A stretch of DNA of 64,000 nt from Lama guanicoe (Eukaryota): the NCBI GenBank assembly GCA_013239625.1, contig MU054391.1:3563130-3627129 (forward strand), read 5' to 3'. A program made the translations under genes and the position numbers. The stretch's first letter is position 1. The number at the start of each line of letters is the position of its first letter. Shown here piece by piece: positions 22,011-35,910 of the stretch. Below the pieces are notes generated by a model, which made no database searches, was not told the origin of the DNA, and worked only from the letters and a program-made list of their open reading frames with translations.

Positions 22011-25000
22011 GGGGAGAAGCAGCCATTGTCAAGAATCCGGGTCTTCCCGACCTGGACTCTAGCCTGGATGGTACAGACTGGAGCCGGGCTGGGGCTGGGG
22101 CAGCTGGGGATGCTGTGCGGACAGGGAACAGCGTATGTTCAAGGAAGCTCCCGGGTCCTACGTCGGATCTGGCCGCTGGGTGCTGACCTGAGGGGGCTGC
22201 ACTGTGTCTGTGCGCCCTACTCCCTCGTCAGATAGTGATGTCTGAAAAGGAGGGGGCTTCACGTCTCATGCTTGGCCTGCTCATAAGTCACTTCTGAAAC
22301 GACAACTGGGGAGAGTTGTGTTACTCAGCACCTGGATCTTCCTTCTCTTCTCTAAGAAGAAACCCATGAGCTTCGATGGCCCCTGCAAACAGCTTTAGAG
22401 AAAGAGCATTTAGAAACATAAAGTAAACAAGTTTTAGAAGTTTAATGAGATAATGATAATAAAACCATGAATATAAAGAGTGTCTGTTCATACATTTCTA
22501 GGAGGGAGAAAATATGTCACAAAATTAAAGTCTCGATCCCTCAGTAGCAGACGAGCACTCACGTACGTGAGAACTCCGACGAGCCGGGCATCGACACCGG
22601 TGGGCTCTGTGACCCTGACCCGGAAGTACTGCGACGCACACCTGGAAGGCAGCTGAGCCAGGGTTCTAACCCAGGACAACCTCTTCAGAGTCCAGGTTTT
22701 ACCACTGTGCAGACCACGGCTCACATGACAACCTGATGTTCCCTTACCTGCCTCCCATGGCATTGTGCTCCTTCCCATCTTTGCCCAATACCTGTTTGTT
22801 AAGTGATGAAATGAATAGACCACCTCATGTGCATTTGCTGGGATCCATTTTCAACCTTGACCCTGACATTTCCAGCATGAAAACAAACCTCTGAGCTCTC
22901 TAGCACTCTATAGAATTTCCTAGCAGGAGAATTGCCCTAAATATTAATTACTGTTTATTTTTACTTTCTTTTTTTTTCGCTCCATCCCAAGCAGATTGCC
23001 TCAAATTATACCGGGGGAAAGGAAAAGAGATGAAATCTGCTGAAGGGAATGAGAGAAAGAGGAAGGATCTCCAGATCGCAGAAGGAGGATAGACGTGGGA
23101 TCCTGTGAGTCACACGGCCCTGTAGCTGGCTCTGCCCTCAGAACCCAAAAAAGTGATGGCGTGATGGCATGGACAATGGTGCTCTGAAGGTAGCTGGGTC
23201 TGGGTTCCCGGCCCCAAACCCAGTACAAGAGCCACAGAGCCACAGAGCTGAGCTGCCTCATTGGAAGAAACTAGGGGGCCTGGGTCAAGATGTCCATGGT
23301 GACCACCATGGACCACAGATCAGAGACTCTTCCAAAATTTGGTGGCTGCCATGTTCTTTTGCAATGCAAATAAAGTGGAAGAACCCCAATCATCCCCAAA
23401 ATTCACCCTAGCAGGCTTCATGCTCAGAGTTTGAATGAATTTAATCAAATTAAACATGTTAAATTGAGTCCTCTAAATTTCAAAGATTTGAAGCTGATTA
23501 AAGAGAATACACATCATATCTCAGAAAGGGAGGGGAAAGAAGAAGGGCTTTGCGGGCTAAAAGCACGGGAGATTGGCAGGAGCTGCAGTCTCGCCGCAGA
23601 AGGACTGCCCCTCGGTGAGCTTTGCCATGGTAGGAAGGCTTCTCGGTCGGCTCCCTCACCCCTTGCTGAGAAGATGCCAAGGAAAGTGGCGCTCGTGACT
23701 GTCAGGCCAGGCCAGGCCACGCGCTGTAGGTCACCGTGAATATTCCAGTGCTGTAAGCCACACAGAACTGCCAGAGCTTCCAGGCTTAAGGGTCCGGGCC
23801 TCTTGGACCAAGAGCATCTCAGTGACACCTGGAGGTGGAGGGGTCCCAGAAGGGCCTTCCGTAATGATCTGCCTTGTGTAGACCCAAGACCTGTGCAGTA
23901 CTGGAAGCCCAGCTATATGATGGGAGCCCAATGACGGCTCCATTTTATGTTCCCTTCATCTCAGCACGGTGGAGGCCTGGCGTCTGATCGAACTAGATTT
24001 AAAGGAAATAACATCACAGGGCACTTCTTACACAAACTATTAAATGAATCAGAACATTCTCGCTGCAATTAAGCCAGATTTTAGACTTGTGTTGGGGGCT
24101 CATAACTTCAATAACTGGTTTGCTCTGCCTGCGCCAAATGTTTATGGGGCCCTTTACAGTTTACAAAGGAATTGCCACTCATCAAAGAGGGGTTCTGAGT
24201 TTTCACAGGGGAGAGTTATAATCTATGATTGGTGCTCTGGGGAAGAGAGACTTGGACCACACTGTAAAAATTAAAATAATAATAATAGTAAGGCAAGATA
24301 TTTTTGTTATTTCTAAATTCTGAAGTAAACAGTCCCAGATGTGTTAACAGTGTCTCTAAAATCTGAATAATGGAAATAATCATTTTAAAGAGAAGAAGTT
24401 CTCTCAGACCCCTTAGAAATATATTCATGGACCTCAGGATTCCATGGGCCTGTTTTAAAAAACATGCTCATATGAAAGCAGCCGTGTTACGGGAAAATAG
24501 TTTTCAGTTAAAAATGACTGCTCAGGATGGAACTTTTACCTTTACAACTGGCAAAACTTTTGTTAGGGTTGTCATTAATATGAAAATAATTATATTTTAA
24601 CTCTCGTAAAAGGTTCTATTTCTTGAGTTTGACTCTGCAGATTCAGGTGGGTGGGGGCGGGGGGTCTAAGCTCCTTCATTAGATACCCTGTCTCAAGTGT
24701 AGGCAGTCACTGACTACACAGGAAGAGATGTCTGGAGGTAGTGCCCCTGGAGTGAGATTGACGGCCCTGCGTGGGCATCAGGAGGAGCTGCAGAAACATT
24801 CCGGCTTGGGCAGCTGACCTCCTCGGTAAGCGTGACTGCCCACTTCCTAGTCCCGCCTCATCACCCTCTCCTGCCAAGATATTTGCTGAAACTAGGAGGC
24901 GAGAGGAAGGATGCTGGTGGTGCTGGTAGAGTTTGGCATTACCAGTAACTCGGTGATACTTAAAAGTCATGGGAGGAGATAAATTAATTACAGAAATTGG

Positions 25001-26859
25001 GTTGCAAAGAGGATCCAGAGTAACAAGGGACAGGCCAAAATACAGGAGGGAAGACAATCTTCATGAGGAAGGAGGTTGGACAAAGCGTTTCATTTCTAGG
25101 TGTTTGATCTCTTTATCTGTGAGATAAGCTGGTGAGCAGAGTACCTACGAAGATTCATTTGACTGGTGTCTCTCTGTAGTAACTAATATTTGTTCTTTCT
25201 TCCATGGTTTAAAAAGCACTTTTGCATTCATTCCTATTTGATCCTCAGAGCAACTGGTGATTATAATCTGTTTTATTGGTGAAGAAAGCAAGGCCCAGAG
25301 AAATTAAATCATAGAACTAATAAGGGAGGGACTGATGCTGTATCTTGATATCTCAAGGAAAATGAACCCCACCCCCCCCACCCCGTCTCCTAAAGAGCAG
25401 GGCTCAGGGGTCCGAGGCTTGCTAGGAGCTGAGCCTGGTGGAGTGGGAAGAGGGGGAGTAGAGAGAGAAACAGATCCCCAGATCTTTTGACTCTTCCCTG
25501 TAAATCCCTCAGGTTTCCTGATTCCTGTTGCCGTTCCGGTCTGGACCATCCTGCCTGTTAACCCAATTGTCTTTAGGCCAAAAGGATTATTCAAAATATA
25601 GTGGAAAACTCAGATGCTTTCTCATGCTTCCGTTCTGCTCACTCAGTGTTCTCACTCCCGCCTCCTCACTCTAACCTCTGCCTATTGTTACCCTAGGTCT
25701 CCAGCCTTGACCGAGCCGGGCTCTGGAAAGTGAGCTTGCTGCTGGAGAGTGGGGGTCCTGTTTCAGAGAGAGCCAGCTCATTTCTCCACGGTGAGATTTC
25801 ATTAGGATAAGGACGAGGCTGACTGCAAGTGATGCCGCTCGCATGGAACTGTCTCTCAAGACCCCACAGTTGCTGATTATATAAACCTATTGAGGGGTAA
25901 GCTTCCAGTCACATGAATATAGATCAGAAGAGCAAGGCGCAGCAAAATCTGAGTTCTATCTAACCTGGCGTGGGAAACCTCACAGTGCAAGCGTCACTGA
26001 GGATTCTCATTTTGAACAATGGTTTCCTACAGTGCGTTAAACCAAGTCAGACTTGCAATGCTATACCAAACATTGTTTTCTAAGAATTTAGTTCCCACCA
26101 GTGTTGGATGAAAAAAAAAAAAAGAAGAATTGATGAGCAGAGTGGATGCATATTTACTCTAACTAAAAACACAGGTGACAGAATCTGGTTTTCATTTAAA
26201 CTAAAATCCTACATAATAGTAATAATAATACATCCAAACAATTAATGTTTAATAATTCTCTAAGAGTCTTCCCTCAAAATACTGGCAAGAAACATACACT
26301 TTTGAGGGAGCCAAAAATCCCTTCAACTCTCTCTGCTAATAAATTCTTGCTTAATGAGAAGTGCAGCAATTTCAGAGCCTGCACGTGTGTAATTCCAGCA
26401 CCCTGGGGACTGCTGTCCAGGAAGATCTCACAGTTTAAGTCCAGAGTGACAGCGACAACCAAGAGGAATAGCAATTTCCCCAGTTTTGGTGTCAGAATCC
26501 CAAGACCAGGAGGAGCGGAGTTAGCCTTACAGTATGCACGGTTACTCTCTCTTGGCAAAAATGCTCCAGCTCCTCCTCAGTCATGTGCTTGGCAGTAAGG
26601 AAAGGAGGTTGTGAAGTCTCTTTTCCACGTCATATTGTTCCTGGTCTTGATTTTTAAGAGAAACATCATTGTTTTATGTATTCCATATGTCACACATTTC
26701 ATCATCCTCTGATTACAAAAAGTGATAACAGCCCTTTCTTCATCCTGAAATTATTATGACTTGGAGTCCCCACTGGCCTGCTCAACTGGTAGAAATTTGC
26801 AGGGAAATGCAAAATACCCCTGGACGTCCACAAGAATGACTCCATTAAATTAATAATCA

Positions 26860-27445
26860 ATAAATTTAAAAAGAAAAAAAGGAACTGAAAATGACAACAA
26901 TGTCAAGTATTGGCAAAGATAGAAAACGACTTGAATTCTCCTCCAGTGCTGGGGGGGTTCCAAAATGGTAGGTCAACTTTGGAAAAGAGTTTGACAGTGT
27001 CGTATTTCATATACATTTCATATACAGCTAGCATATGACCTAACAATCCCCCCGAAATAAAAACATGTTCACACGGGATTCGTATGAGAAAAATCGTACC
27101 AGCTTCTCGCATAATCACAAACATGGGGAAACAACCCAAGCGTTCATCAGCAGTCGAGCAGCTAAATTGCAATCATACAATAGAACATTATTCAGCAATA
27201 AAAAGAATTGAATTACTAATGTCCACAGCAACGTGAACAAGTATCAAAACCATTATACTGAACAAGAGAAAAAAGATATGCAGTAGTTCATTCTGTATGA
27301 ACGCACTTCTGTGAAATTCTAAGGAAAAAAACTAATATGTAGAGATAAAAAGAAGATCAGTGATGGTCAGAGTCAAGGTAGGGGGACTGACTGCAAAGGG
27401 AACGCATAACTTTTGGGTTGATGGAATGTGCCAGTTGTGATGGTC
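26860..27445 (+). mobile_element. Old L1 (L1ME/MD-like) ORF2 end plus 3'UTR
   Basis: 'caagtattggcaaagata...caactttggaaaagagtttgacag...catatgacctaacaatcc...aacaacccaagcgttcatca...gactgactgcaaagggaacg'. Confidence 0.75.
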
Positions 27446-28879
27446 ACTATGCCCTCCTCTAGAGCCCTGGAGGTCCCTTTTGCATTGGCTTCTTGGTTCT
27501 GTCCAAACAGCTGGACAAAAGTGTCCCCCTGCTCTTAGAAATGCCCTCGTGTATCTCTGTGGCTTAGAGCCTTGCCTAACGATCCACCAGCCCCCCCAAA
27601 AAAGGAAATTTCTCCCCTCATCCCACATCCCCTCTCCTACCCTCATCCTCTCCTCTGCGCAAGAGAAGCTTCAGGATTAACATCCGCCCTTGATAAAGCA
27701 GGCTCAGAAAGATCGCCCATGGTATTTAGGAGAAAATGAGCCAGTGTGATGTTTGCTCTACCAACCAAGTCAGACAATCTTAAGAGTTTATGTCCCAAAG
27801 TCCAGATTGTCCAGTCTTTGGCCTGCCAAGTTGTGTTTCTCCAGCATAGAAAAAACAAAGACATTCACAGCCCCCCAGCAAACAAACATGTGTTCACTAA
27901 CATCCACACAGGAAGCATGCGGGCAAGAGTGTGCGCGAGCACACACACACACACACACACTCTTTCCTAAAAAGTAGTAATATTATCACACAGAAGAAGT
28001 TAACAAAACAGGATAAAAGGGAGATTGTTGCAAGGAGAGAGAAGTGGAAAAAGCTCACAGAGCCATAGATTCTGGGTGAAAAAAATGCATTAGAAGTTAA
28101 AGGTGAGCAGTTTCTGTGATCCTTTGACATCAGTGTAATCATGAACACAAATGCAGGTTACCTGAACGATTAGGATATGAGGACATACAGAGAGATGGGT
28201 GTAGATATACGCACGTACATAGTGATAGACAGATGATAGACAGACGAGGATGATGATGGTGGTGGACAGATAGACAGAGACACAGGCAGATATAATATCA
28301 GTGTAGAATTTGAAATTCTTGTAAAGACTTCCTGACTCCCCATAAAATACGTCTACTGAACCTCAGGTGTAGACTCCAGTTTGGGGGATCTTTTACAGCA
28401 TGACTCAAGAAGATTTCTGCCTTAATTCCATTGAAGTGAAGCAATCCAGCATTTCCAAGATGGTGAGAAATGTAAACTGCACATTGGCCTCTTCTTGGCA
28501 AAGCTGAAAGAGTCTAAGTTGAAAGGCTGGACACAATGCAGCATTTTAATAGCCAGAGATAAGCAATATCTCGGCTAGAACATCATTTTTTTTCTTTCCC
28601 TTTTGGCAAAGAAAACAGGACTTGGAAGGAAACTGACGCCTGTGGCTCACCTACTAAACGCCAGGCATTCTGTGTGCACCTTACATATATTACCATATGC
28701 AATTTAATGCAGCATCCGAGGCTTAGCAACAGCAACCAAGAGTGGTCATCTGAAATCCCCCTACACTATTACAGAAGATGTGGTTGGAACTAAAGTCTTG
28801 TGTGAAGATGGCAAACCAGTAAACGCTCATAGTCTCTGCATTTCCAGAAAGATCTGTTTTCTGTGTGATATTTTTCACT

Positions 28880-29022
28880 GATGTCCACTTTGCTCTCCAG
28901 ACTGTAAGCTCCATTGGAGTGCTGGTCAGATCTGGACTGGGTCACCACTGGATCCCCAGCTCCCAGCACATGACTTTCATGTAGTAAAGACTCAATAAAC
29001 CATTTGTAAATAAGTGAATGAA
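28880..29022 (+). mobile_element. L2 LINE 3' end
   Basis: 'ccagactgtaagctcca...tccccagctcccagcaca...ctcaataaaccatttgtaaataagtgaatgaa'. Confidence 0.75.
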
Positions 29023-29549
29023 AGAATTGTCGACTTTCCCGATACTGCTGATATTGAGGGAGCACATCGATTTTCTCAGTTTGAAGAAACAATCCTTAAG
29101 CTCGCCTCTATGGAAACAGAAGGTAGAATAGTAATGAAAAGCCGTGAAAACGGAACTACGGAGCTGTGAACACGACCTGAAATGAGATTCCTCTGCTAGC
29201 AGATTCACCTGACAAACGCCAGGCTCTGTGAAGCTTCCCCCTCCCGCAGACACAAGGCAAAGCAACGTGTTCACGGTTGTCAGGTGACACTCCCGGCTGA
29301 AATATGAGTACCACAAAGCCTGCCAGTGAGCCGTGGCTGAGCCATGGTCCCGGTTAGGTAAGAGCTCTTGGGAAAGCGAGTGTTTTCCAGATTAACTTAA
29401 ATGCCAAGGCTGAAGCCGTGAACATAACTATGCCTTAGACATTTTTGTTCACCTGCCTGACAGACCATTAGCAACAAGTCGTTGTCTCATGCAGAAAATG
29501 TTTCAGTTTTTGGAGGAGACAAAGGGAAGCAGCTTACAGTACTGAAAGA

Positions 29550-30585
29550 CAAGATGAGCATCATTTCTCACCCCATTCCTGCTAACCTGTAGAGGCTGGG
29601 AAGAGGCTGGGGACTCTTTCCCTCACCCTAGCCCCATGGGACAGAGGCTCCACCCCAGGTGCAGAAACCTGTTAATCCAATAGCCATTGCTCCAGTTCCC
29701 CTTAGGGTAGAGGTCCCATACCAGGGTCAAGAAGCCCGCAGACTGTCACCTCCACCCAGAGATCACCTTATGGAGCTGGGATGGCATTCCAAGAGAAGCA
29801 GGCCACTGTTCCAGTCCCCAGCTCTGGAGGAGTGGCTCAGAGACTTTGCTCAAGGGGAGAGAGAAACACAGGCCAACATAACATGGAGGTCAGTTCTCCC
29901 CAAAGAAATTGCCTTTATTCAGGACAGAATATGGTGTGTTTCAAGCCCAGAGACTTTCTCAAAAACAATGGAGATTCTGGCGGTAAGTAATTAAGAAGCC
30001 AGCAACCCCAAGAGAGCGAAGAGCTAAATGGTAGTCCAGCCAACTTACCAGAAAGAACCAGCCAAAGACGAAAGCCAGGAAGATGTTTCAGAACAAATCC
30101 CAAGTACTGCCCTCAAAAAAAACCTCTGCAAAAAGGGCGCAGGCTTAGTCAGATTAGAAGGCAGAGTAATTCATGCCCCAGGACATTGTTGAAGACAATA
30201 CGCAGTCAGCATTGGTGGAGCCCAAGAGCTGGGTGTGATACCAAAAGTGACAGTGAACTTAACAAAAAGACCAGGGAAAGGGACAGTCACGAGGAGTCCA
30301 CGGAAACCACCGTCACCTCCGGGAGACGGTCCTGAACACACGCCCGGGGCAGGGCCTGCAGGGCAGTGACCTCAGACACCTCACAGGGCTTAGGAAAGAG
30401 GCTCCCCTGAAATCGCCTATTCAGGTCACAAGACATAGACATGAGCAAGTGACAAGGACGAGCCCTGAGAAGGGTGTGGGGTGGGAATCAATGTCCCTGT
30501 TGTTAAAATATATTATCTAAGATGCCCACTTTTTAATAAAAAAAAAAAAGAGGCATGCAAACAACAGGGACGTGTGATCCATGCT
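29550..30585 (+). mobile_element. Old L1M 5' region (upstream of and at ORF1 start), tentative
   Basis: 'aatatattatctaagatgcccactttttaataaaaaaa...gaggcatgcaaacaacagggacgtgtgatccat' matches recalled old-L1M pre-ORF1 sequence; upstream extent uncertain. Confidence 0.45.
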
Positions 30586-33116
30586 GTCCCTTAGGAGCCA
30601 CCTGCTGGCTGGATTATTCAGCCGACACTGAAATTGTCTTCAACAACAAAAGAGCTAGGAGCAGAAAGATGGCCTGGAGGCCTCAGCTGTTCATGGGACC
30701 TTGCAGTGTTCTAGACACGGCCACCCACATGCTGTGACTCCGGGTTACTGGTTTAATCGAATTCCTCTCTTTTTAATGAATGCAGACTGTATGCACATAC
30801 ATGCATGTGTGTGTACGAAACAATTTACCATTAAGAGACACCTGTTCATTACCTTGTGCGTTCTTCCTTATAATACACATATTGGGTGTTTTTAAACTTG
30901 GACCCCAAATTTTGCCTCCTGATTTTAACATCATTTGATTTTCAAAAGCCATTATTCATTGCCTTTATACTGAAGTTGTGTTTCCATCCATTGAGTTCAC
31001 TCCACGCCCAAAACTTCCCCTAGCCTCTCACGCATGCTGTACTGTTCCAACAGAAAACTGAGATTTATAGTCTGACAGGTGTGAACTGGGGTAGGAGGAT
31101 TACAGGGTATTGGAGATGAAGATGGTTCTATAAACTCTGAAACAGAGGTTCACCACAGTTATTAAGATAGTAATAAATTTATCTTCGATAGGCACTCTTT
31201 ATGAACCACCTTCACCTTCCCAATTACTTGATGATACATCACGCCCATTGGCACTGGAGGGCGCCGAGTCTCTGCGTGCTGTTACCTCCCCAAGCTGTGC
31301 CTCTTGTCATGATTAAGGTCGCTGTTCATTTTGTCCATTGGAAAAATCCCTTGCTCTTTTCAAGCTGCCAATCTCACATCAAGCCTTTGCTTAGAACACC
31401 ATTTCTGGCTTTGCCATGACTACTGAACCATTTCCTTAGAAATCTTGATATTGTCTCTGCAGCCTTCCTCGGGCGGGGGTGCTGCCGCCAGCCTCTGATA
31501 AGCCTCTCTGCTCCGTCCTCAGTCATCCCCCCTGAAGCCATGTTTGTGTGACCCACATCCTCACTTCCATGGCTGGTCTGCCTCTAATCCGCAGTGCCGA
31601 CAAGGTGGTGCACCCCAACTGTCGTCTTGCCACTGACCCATCGAGCCCCTCAGTGGGGCTAATGAATTATGGTAACGGCTAACATGTAACAGGGCAACTT
31701 AAAAAAAGATTGCATTTAAATAGTTACCATTTAACGCCAGCATCCTGAGTATATCAAATACCTCTTAGACGTAAGAAAATGTGCTTGGCAGTAGCCCTGG
31801 ACACAGCATTTTAGAAATCTAACAGCCAGGATGCATGTGTTTAAGATCAGTGTTAAACAATGAAGGGGGACGACCACGTCACATTGGTGAGAGACTCGGG
31901 GAGACCAGAAAGAGCAGGAGAACTGATGGAAAGGACCTGGGTTGTCATCCACTTCAGTGCTTTCCTATCAAAGTCATGCTCTAAAGGGAAGCAAGGAACC
32001 CTCAACCAGTTGGGGACAAAGTAGGAATTGTTTTTAATTTGTGCCCCCTCCAACCCCTCGTGGCCCACCACTCCCTCGCTCACACAGCTCCACAGTTCAC
32101 ATGGGAGGTAAGGACGGCCTCATGTCCCTCACTTGCTCAAAAACCCCTGAGGCCGCCTCTCTTCCCTGGGCGTATGCAGGCCGTCCGAGCCCTTCGCAGC
32201 CCCCCAACCCACCTGCTGTCGCCGCTGCTCTTTTCCAGCACAGGTTTTGGGAGCCACAGCTGAGTTAGGGTTCCCTGAGCGCTGATACTAACTCCTTTCC
32301 TCTGCCTGATGGGTCTCTTACTGCATCTCTTTTTCTTTCCACTTCATTCAGCTTGAAAACCCTATTTACCTTGTGCGAGTCTGCCTTCCGATCTAGATGG
32401 TTAATTGCTGGAAAGCAAGAGTCAAATCTTAAGACATCGTCTTCAGTCCCTCCCCAAATTAGCAGAATCGCCTGGAAAACAGCAGCCATTCAAACAGCAG
32501 AAGGGCAAAGGGTCTTCATCCTGAGGAGAGAAACCGGGACAGAAGCGGCGAGGGCAACGCACACATCCCCCCCCCTCCCGCATTCAGAGCAGGTCCCAGG
32601 TAGGAGGGCAATGGCTTCCTGTTTTCCAGTGGTGACTGAACCAGAGGGAAGATGGGCAGAACTGAACAGTCTGACCTGCAAACTGAGCGAGTCACCACAC
32701 AGACTGGGAAGCCAGGTCCCAGGGTTGAGCCCGTGCCCCCGATGAGAGGTGCCCGACACCAGGCTGGTCGCAGAGGCGGGAGGCCCGGGGGCGCGCTGGA
32801 AACTCGGCCATCCTCAGCGCGCTGTAGCCGGTGAGGGGTACGCTGAACGAGCGTGCTTGATATTTTAGCATTTACCTCTTTTTTCAAGCATTATCTTATC
32901 TAATCGTTACAACAAATGTGACAATTGAGATGCAGCAAGGCTGACATGTTCCAAAACCTCCCCATCTCTTCAGCAAGAAGGACCATCCAACAACTTGCTA
33001 GGGAGTCCCAGTTCCAGCACGATGGAGCGACAGGGCCCTCAAGCCCAGGCCAGTGAAAACTGGTGAGGACGCAAGCTGGCACGGCCACGAAGGGGAACAA
33101 AATGCGAGCTTTTCAA

Positions 33117-33223
33117 AAAAGTAAAAATAGAACTACCATATGACCCAGCAGCTCCACTCCTGGGTGTAGATCCAAAAAGGCACACACACAAAAAACAAGA
33201 AACAAAACATCAATTTTGAAAAG
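33117..33223 (+). mobile_element. Short internal L1 ORF2 fragment with TSD-like flanks
   Basis: 'aaaaatagaactaccatatgacccagcagctccactcctgggtgtagatcc'; AGCTTTTCAA at 33107-33116 and 33229-33238. Confidence 0.75.
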
Positions 33224-33384
33224 TGCTCAGCTTTTCAAGCGGGTCACTCAGTGGGACCCTGTCATTGTCCCTGCCCACAGCTGCAGGGCTGTGGCTTGGA
33301 GAGTCACTTGTGTGTAATTTAATGTCTCTTACAGAAGCTGAGAGAAAAAGGGTGGGACCCGCCAAGGGCCAGAATAGCTGCCTC

Positions 33385-34995
33385 TTAAAAAAAATTCTTG
33401 AAAAAGAAGAAGAAAGTTGGATAATTCACACTTACTGATCTCAAAGCTTACTTAGATTTACTCCAGTAATTAAGACAGACAAAACTTACTACAGTAACCA
33501 AGACAGCGCTATACTTACACGGAGGCAGACATATACAGCAGTCGAATAGAATTGAGAGTCTAGAAATAAACTGACACGTCTATGGCCCGTTGACCTTTGA
33601 CAAGGATGCCAAGTGGTAACTGGGACAACTGGACAGCCAGCTACAGAAGAATGAGCTTGGACCCTTACTCTGTACCACATAGAAATCTAACTCAAAACAG
33701 ATCAAAGAGTTAAATGTAAGAGTTAAACTCTCAGGGAACAAAAAGAATTGGGGTAAGTCTTCATGACCTTGGATTTGGCATGAGTTTTTAGATATGACAC
33801 CAAAAGCCTATGTAACACAGGAAAAATGTTGATAAATTGGACTTTGTCAACATTTGTGCTTCAAAGGACACTACCTAAAAAGTAAAAAAAAAAACACTCC
33901 ACAGAATGGGAGAAAATATTCACAAATTATACACCTGAGAATGTCCTTTTATCTAGAATGGATTTTTAAAAAACTATTTATACCTCAGTAAGAAAAAAAA
34001 ACACAATTGAAAATGTACAAAGATCTCAGTAAGTAATTCTCCCAGGAAGTTATACAAATGGTCAGTAAGCAGATGAAAAGATGTTCAAGGTCATTGGCCA
34101 TCAGGTAAATGTAAATCAAATCCAGAATGAGAGAGCACTTCACATCCTCTTGAACAACTGAAAACAAAAAACAAAAAACATAATAACAAGTGTTGATGAG
34201 GACGAGGAAAGACCAGAACCCACACACACTGCCGACAGGAACGCAAGGCGGGACAACCACTCTGAAGAACAGTCCAGCAGCTCCTTCCCTAAATAGTTAA
34301 ACATACAGTTACCATATGACTCAGAAATCTCACACCTAGTCATGTACCCGAGAGAAATGAAAACGTGTCTACACAGAATGCACACCCACCTGCTTACAGC
34401 AGCAGGACTCAGAATTGCCGGAAGGTCAGGCGCATACAGCACTGGCAGATGCCGTACCACGGATGAACTTGGAAAACACTACATGAAGTGAAACGAGCCT
34501 GTCATAAAAGACCACCTATTACACGATTCCCTTTGTATGAAATGTCTGGAGAAACTGAGAGTAGGTCAGTGATTGCTCAGGGCTGGGGTGACTGGGGTAA
34601 GGGAATGGGAGGTTAGAGCAAAAATCTATGGATACCTTATTGAGGTGATAAAAATAGTCCAAACTCATGGTTGCCAAGGGGCCGAAGGGTGGGAAGGGAT
34701 AGATGGGATTTCAAAATTGTAGAAAAGATAAACAAGACTATACTGTACAGCACAGGGAAATATACACAAGATCTTATGGTAGCTCACAGAGAAAAAAATG
34801 TGACAATGAATATATGTATGGTCATGTAGAACTGAAAAATTGTGCTCTACGCTGGAATTTGACACAACATTGTAAAATGATTATAAATCAATAAAAAAAG
34901 TCTGAAATTGACTGTGAAAATACTAAAAAAGAACTATTACATTTTAAATGGGGTGATTGTATGATATGCCAATTATATCTCAATAAAACTGCTTA
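33385..34995 (+). mobile_element. Old L1 (L1MB-like), 3' part of ORF2 plus 3'UTR
   Basis: 'cacttactgatctcaaagcttact...gaccccttactctgtaccaca...cttcatgaccttggatttggca...catacagttaccatatgac...attatatctcaataaaactg'. Confidence 0.85.
34661..34899 (+). mobile_element. Young L1 3'UTR fragment nested in the older L1
   Basis: Closely resembles the reverse complement of 10160-10350 ('cacagggaaatatacacaagatctt...aactgaaaaattgtgctctac...ttgacacaacattgtaaaatga'). Confidence 0.9.
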
Positions 34996-35744
34996 ACAAG
35001 AATTGTTAAAAGATCAAATATGACTGTTGACACGCAGATTAGCGAATTACACAGGCACTTCACTCCTTGGCCATAGGTAGGTACGGAATAAGTTATTAGT
35101 GAATTAAATTTTGTGTGAACACATGGAACAAAGAAAATCTAATTGAAAAAATTATGTATTTTAACAATTATGATTTTGATAAAATCCTGGGGAGAAAAAC
35201 CTTTTGGGATGACCTAGGAGGGAGAGGCACATAGTTTTGTCCAGAAGAAAGGAAGCAAATACTTACTCTAATAAGACTGTGTCCACTCATGTGTGAACAA
35301 ACTCAATCATTTAAAACCAGGTGGTAAGTCAAAGAAATAGACTGCTATAAATCCAGAAATAGCTCAGGGTGGGGTGTGTGGTAAAAACGTCTTAGTGATC
35401 TAAGTGTGTCATGTACTCCACAGCAGAAATCTCCATGGGAATCTTTCAATAAAAACATCTTAAAAATTTGCGGTGCGTTTTTGAATTCTCACAGTTCTAG
35501 TATGGTGAGTGGAAAGAACTTACAAGTTCCATTGAGTAGAATTTAGTAACAGTTTTTTCACCAGAAAGCCTCCTCCAGGTTTAACATGCGGCAGTTGTAC
35601 CAGTGGAATGAAATATTAGCTACTTAACACGTTTATCTGGAGACTTCTCCTGTGGACTCATTAAGAGCTCTCCCAAACAGCCCTCTAATCTCTCACCCAC
35701 AGAAATATAAGGGCTAACATTGTTGCATCATTTGAAACCATTAA

Positions 35745-35910
35745 GAAATAAGCAGCAAAATTGAAAGACCACAGATTAGGAAACAGATCCGAATTGTGGA
35801 ATAAGCATGGATAAATGTCTTGCCTTGGGGGACTGAATTTACACAATCTGTAAAATGAGGCTAGCATTCTGTTACCTACATCCCAGAGATGTTAGTATGA
35901 AAATAAGCTG
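35745..35910 (+). mobile_element. MIR SINE
   Basis: 'actgaatttacacaatctgtaaaatgaggctagcattctgttacctacatcccagagatgttagtatgaaaataa'. Confidence 0.55.

Noticed and set aside
23356..23371. SOX-OCT-like composite CTTTTGCAATGCAAAT
   Set aside because: The octamer is perfect but the SOX half mismatches; isolated motif.
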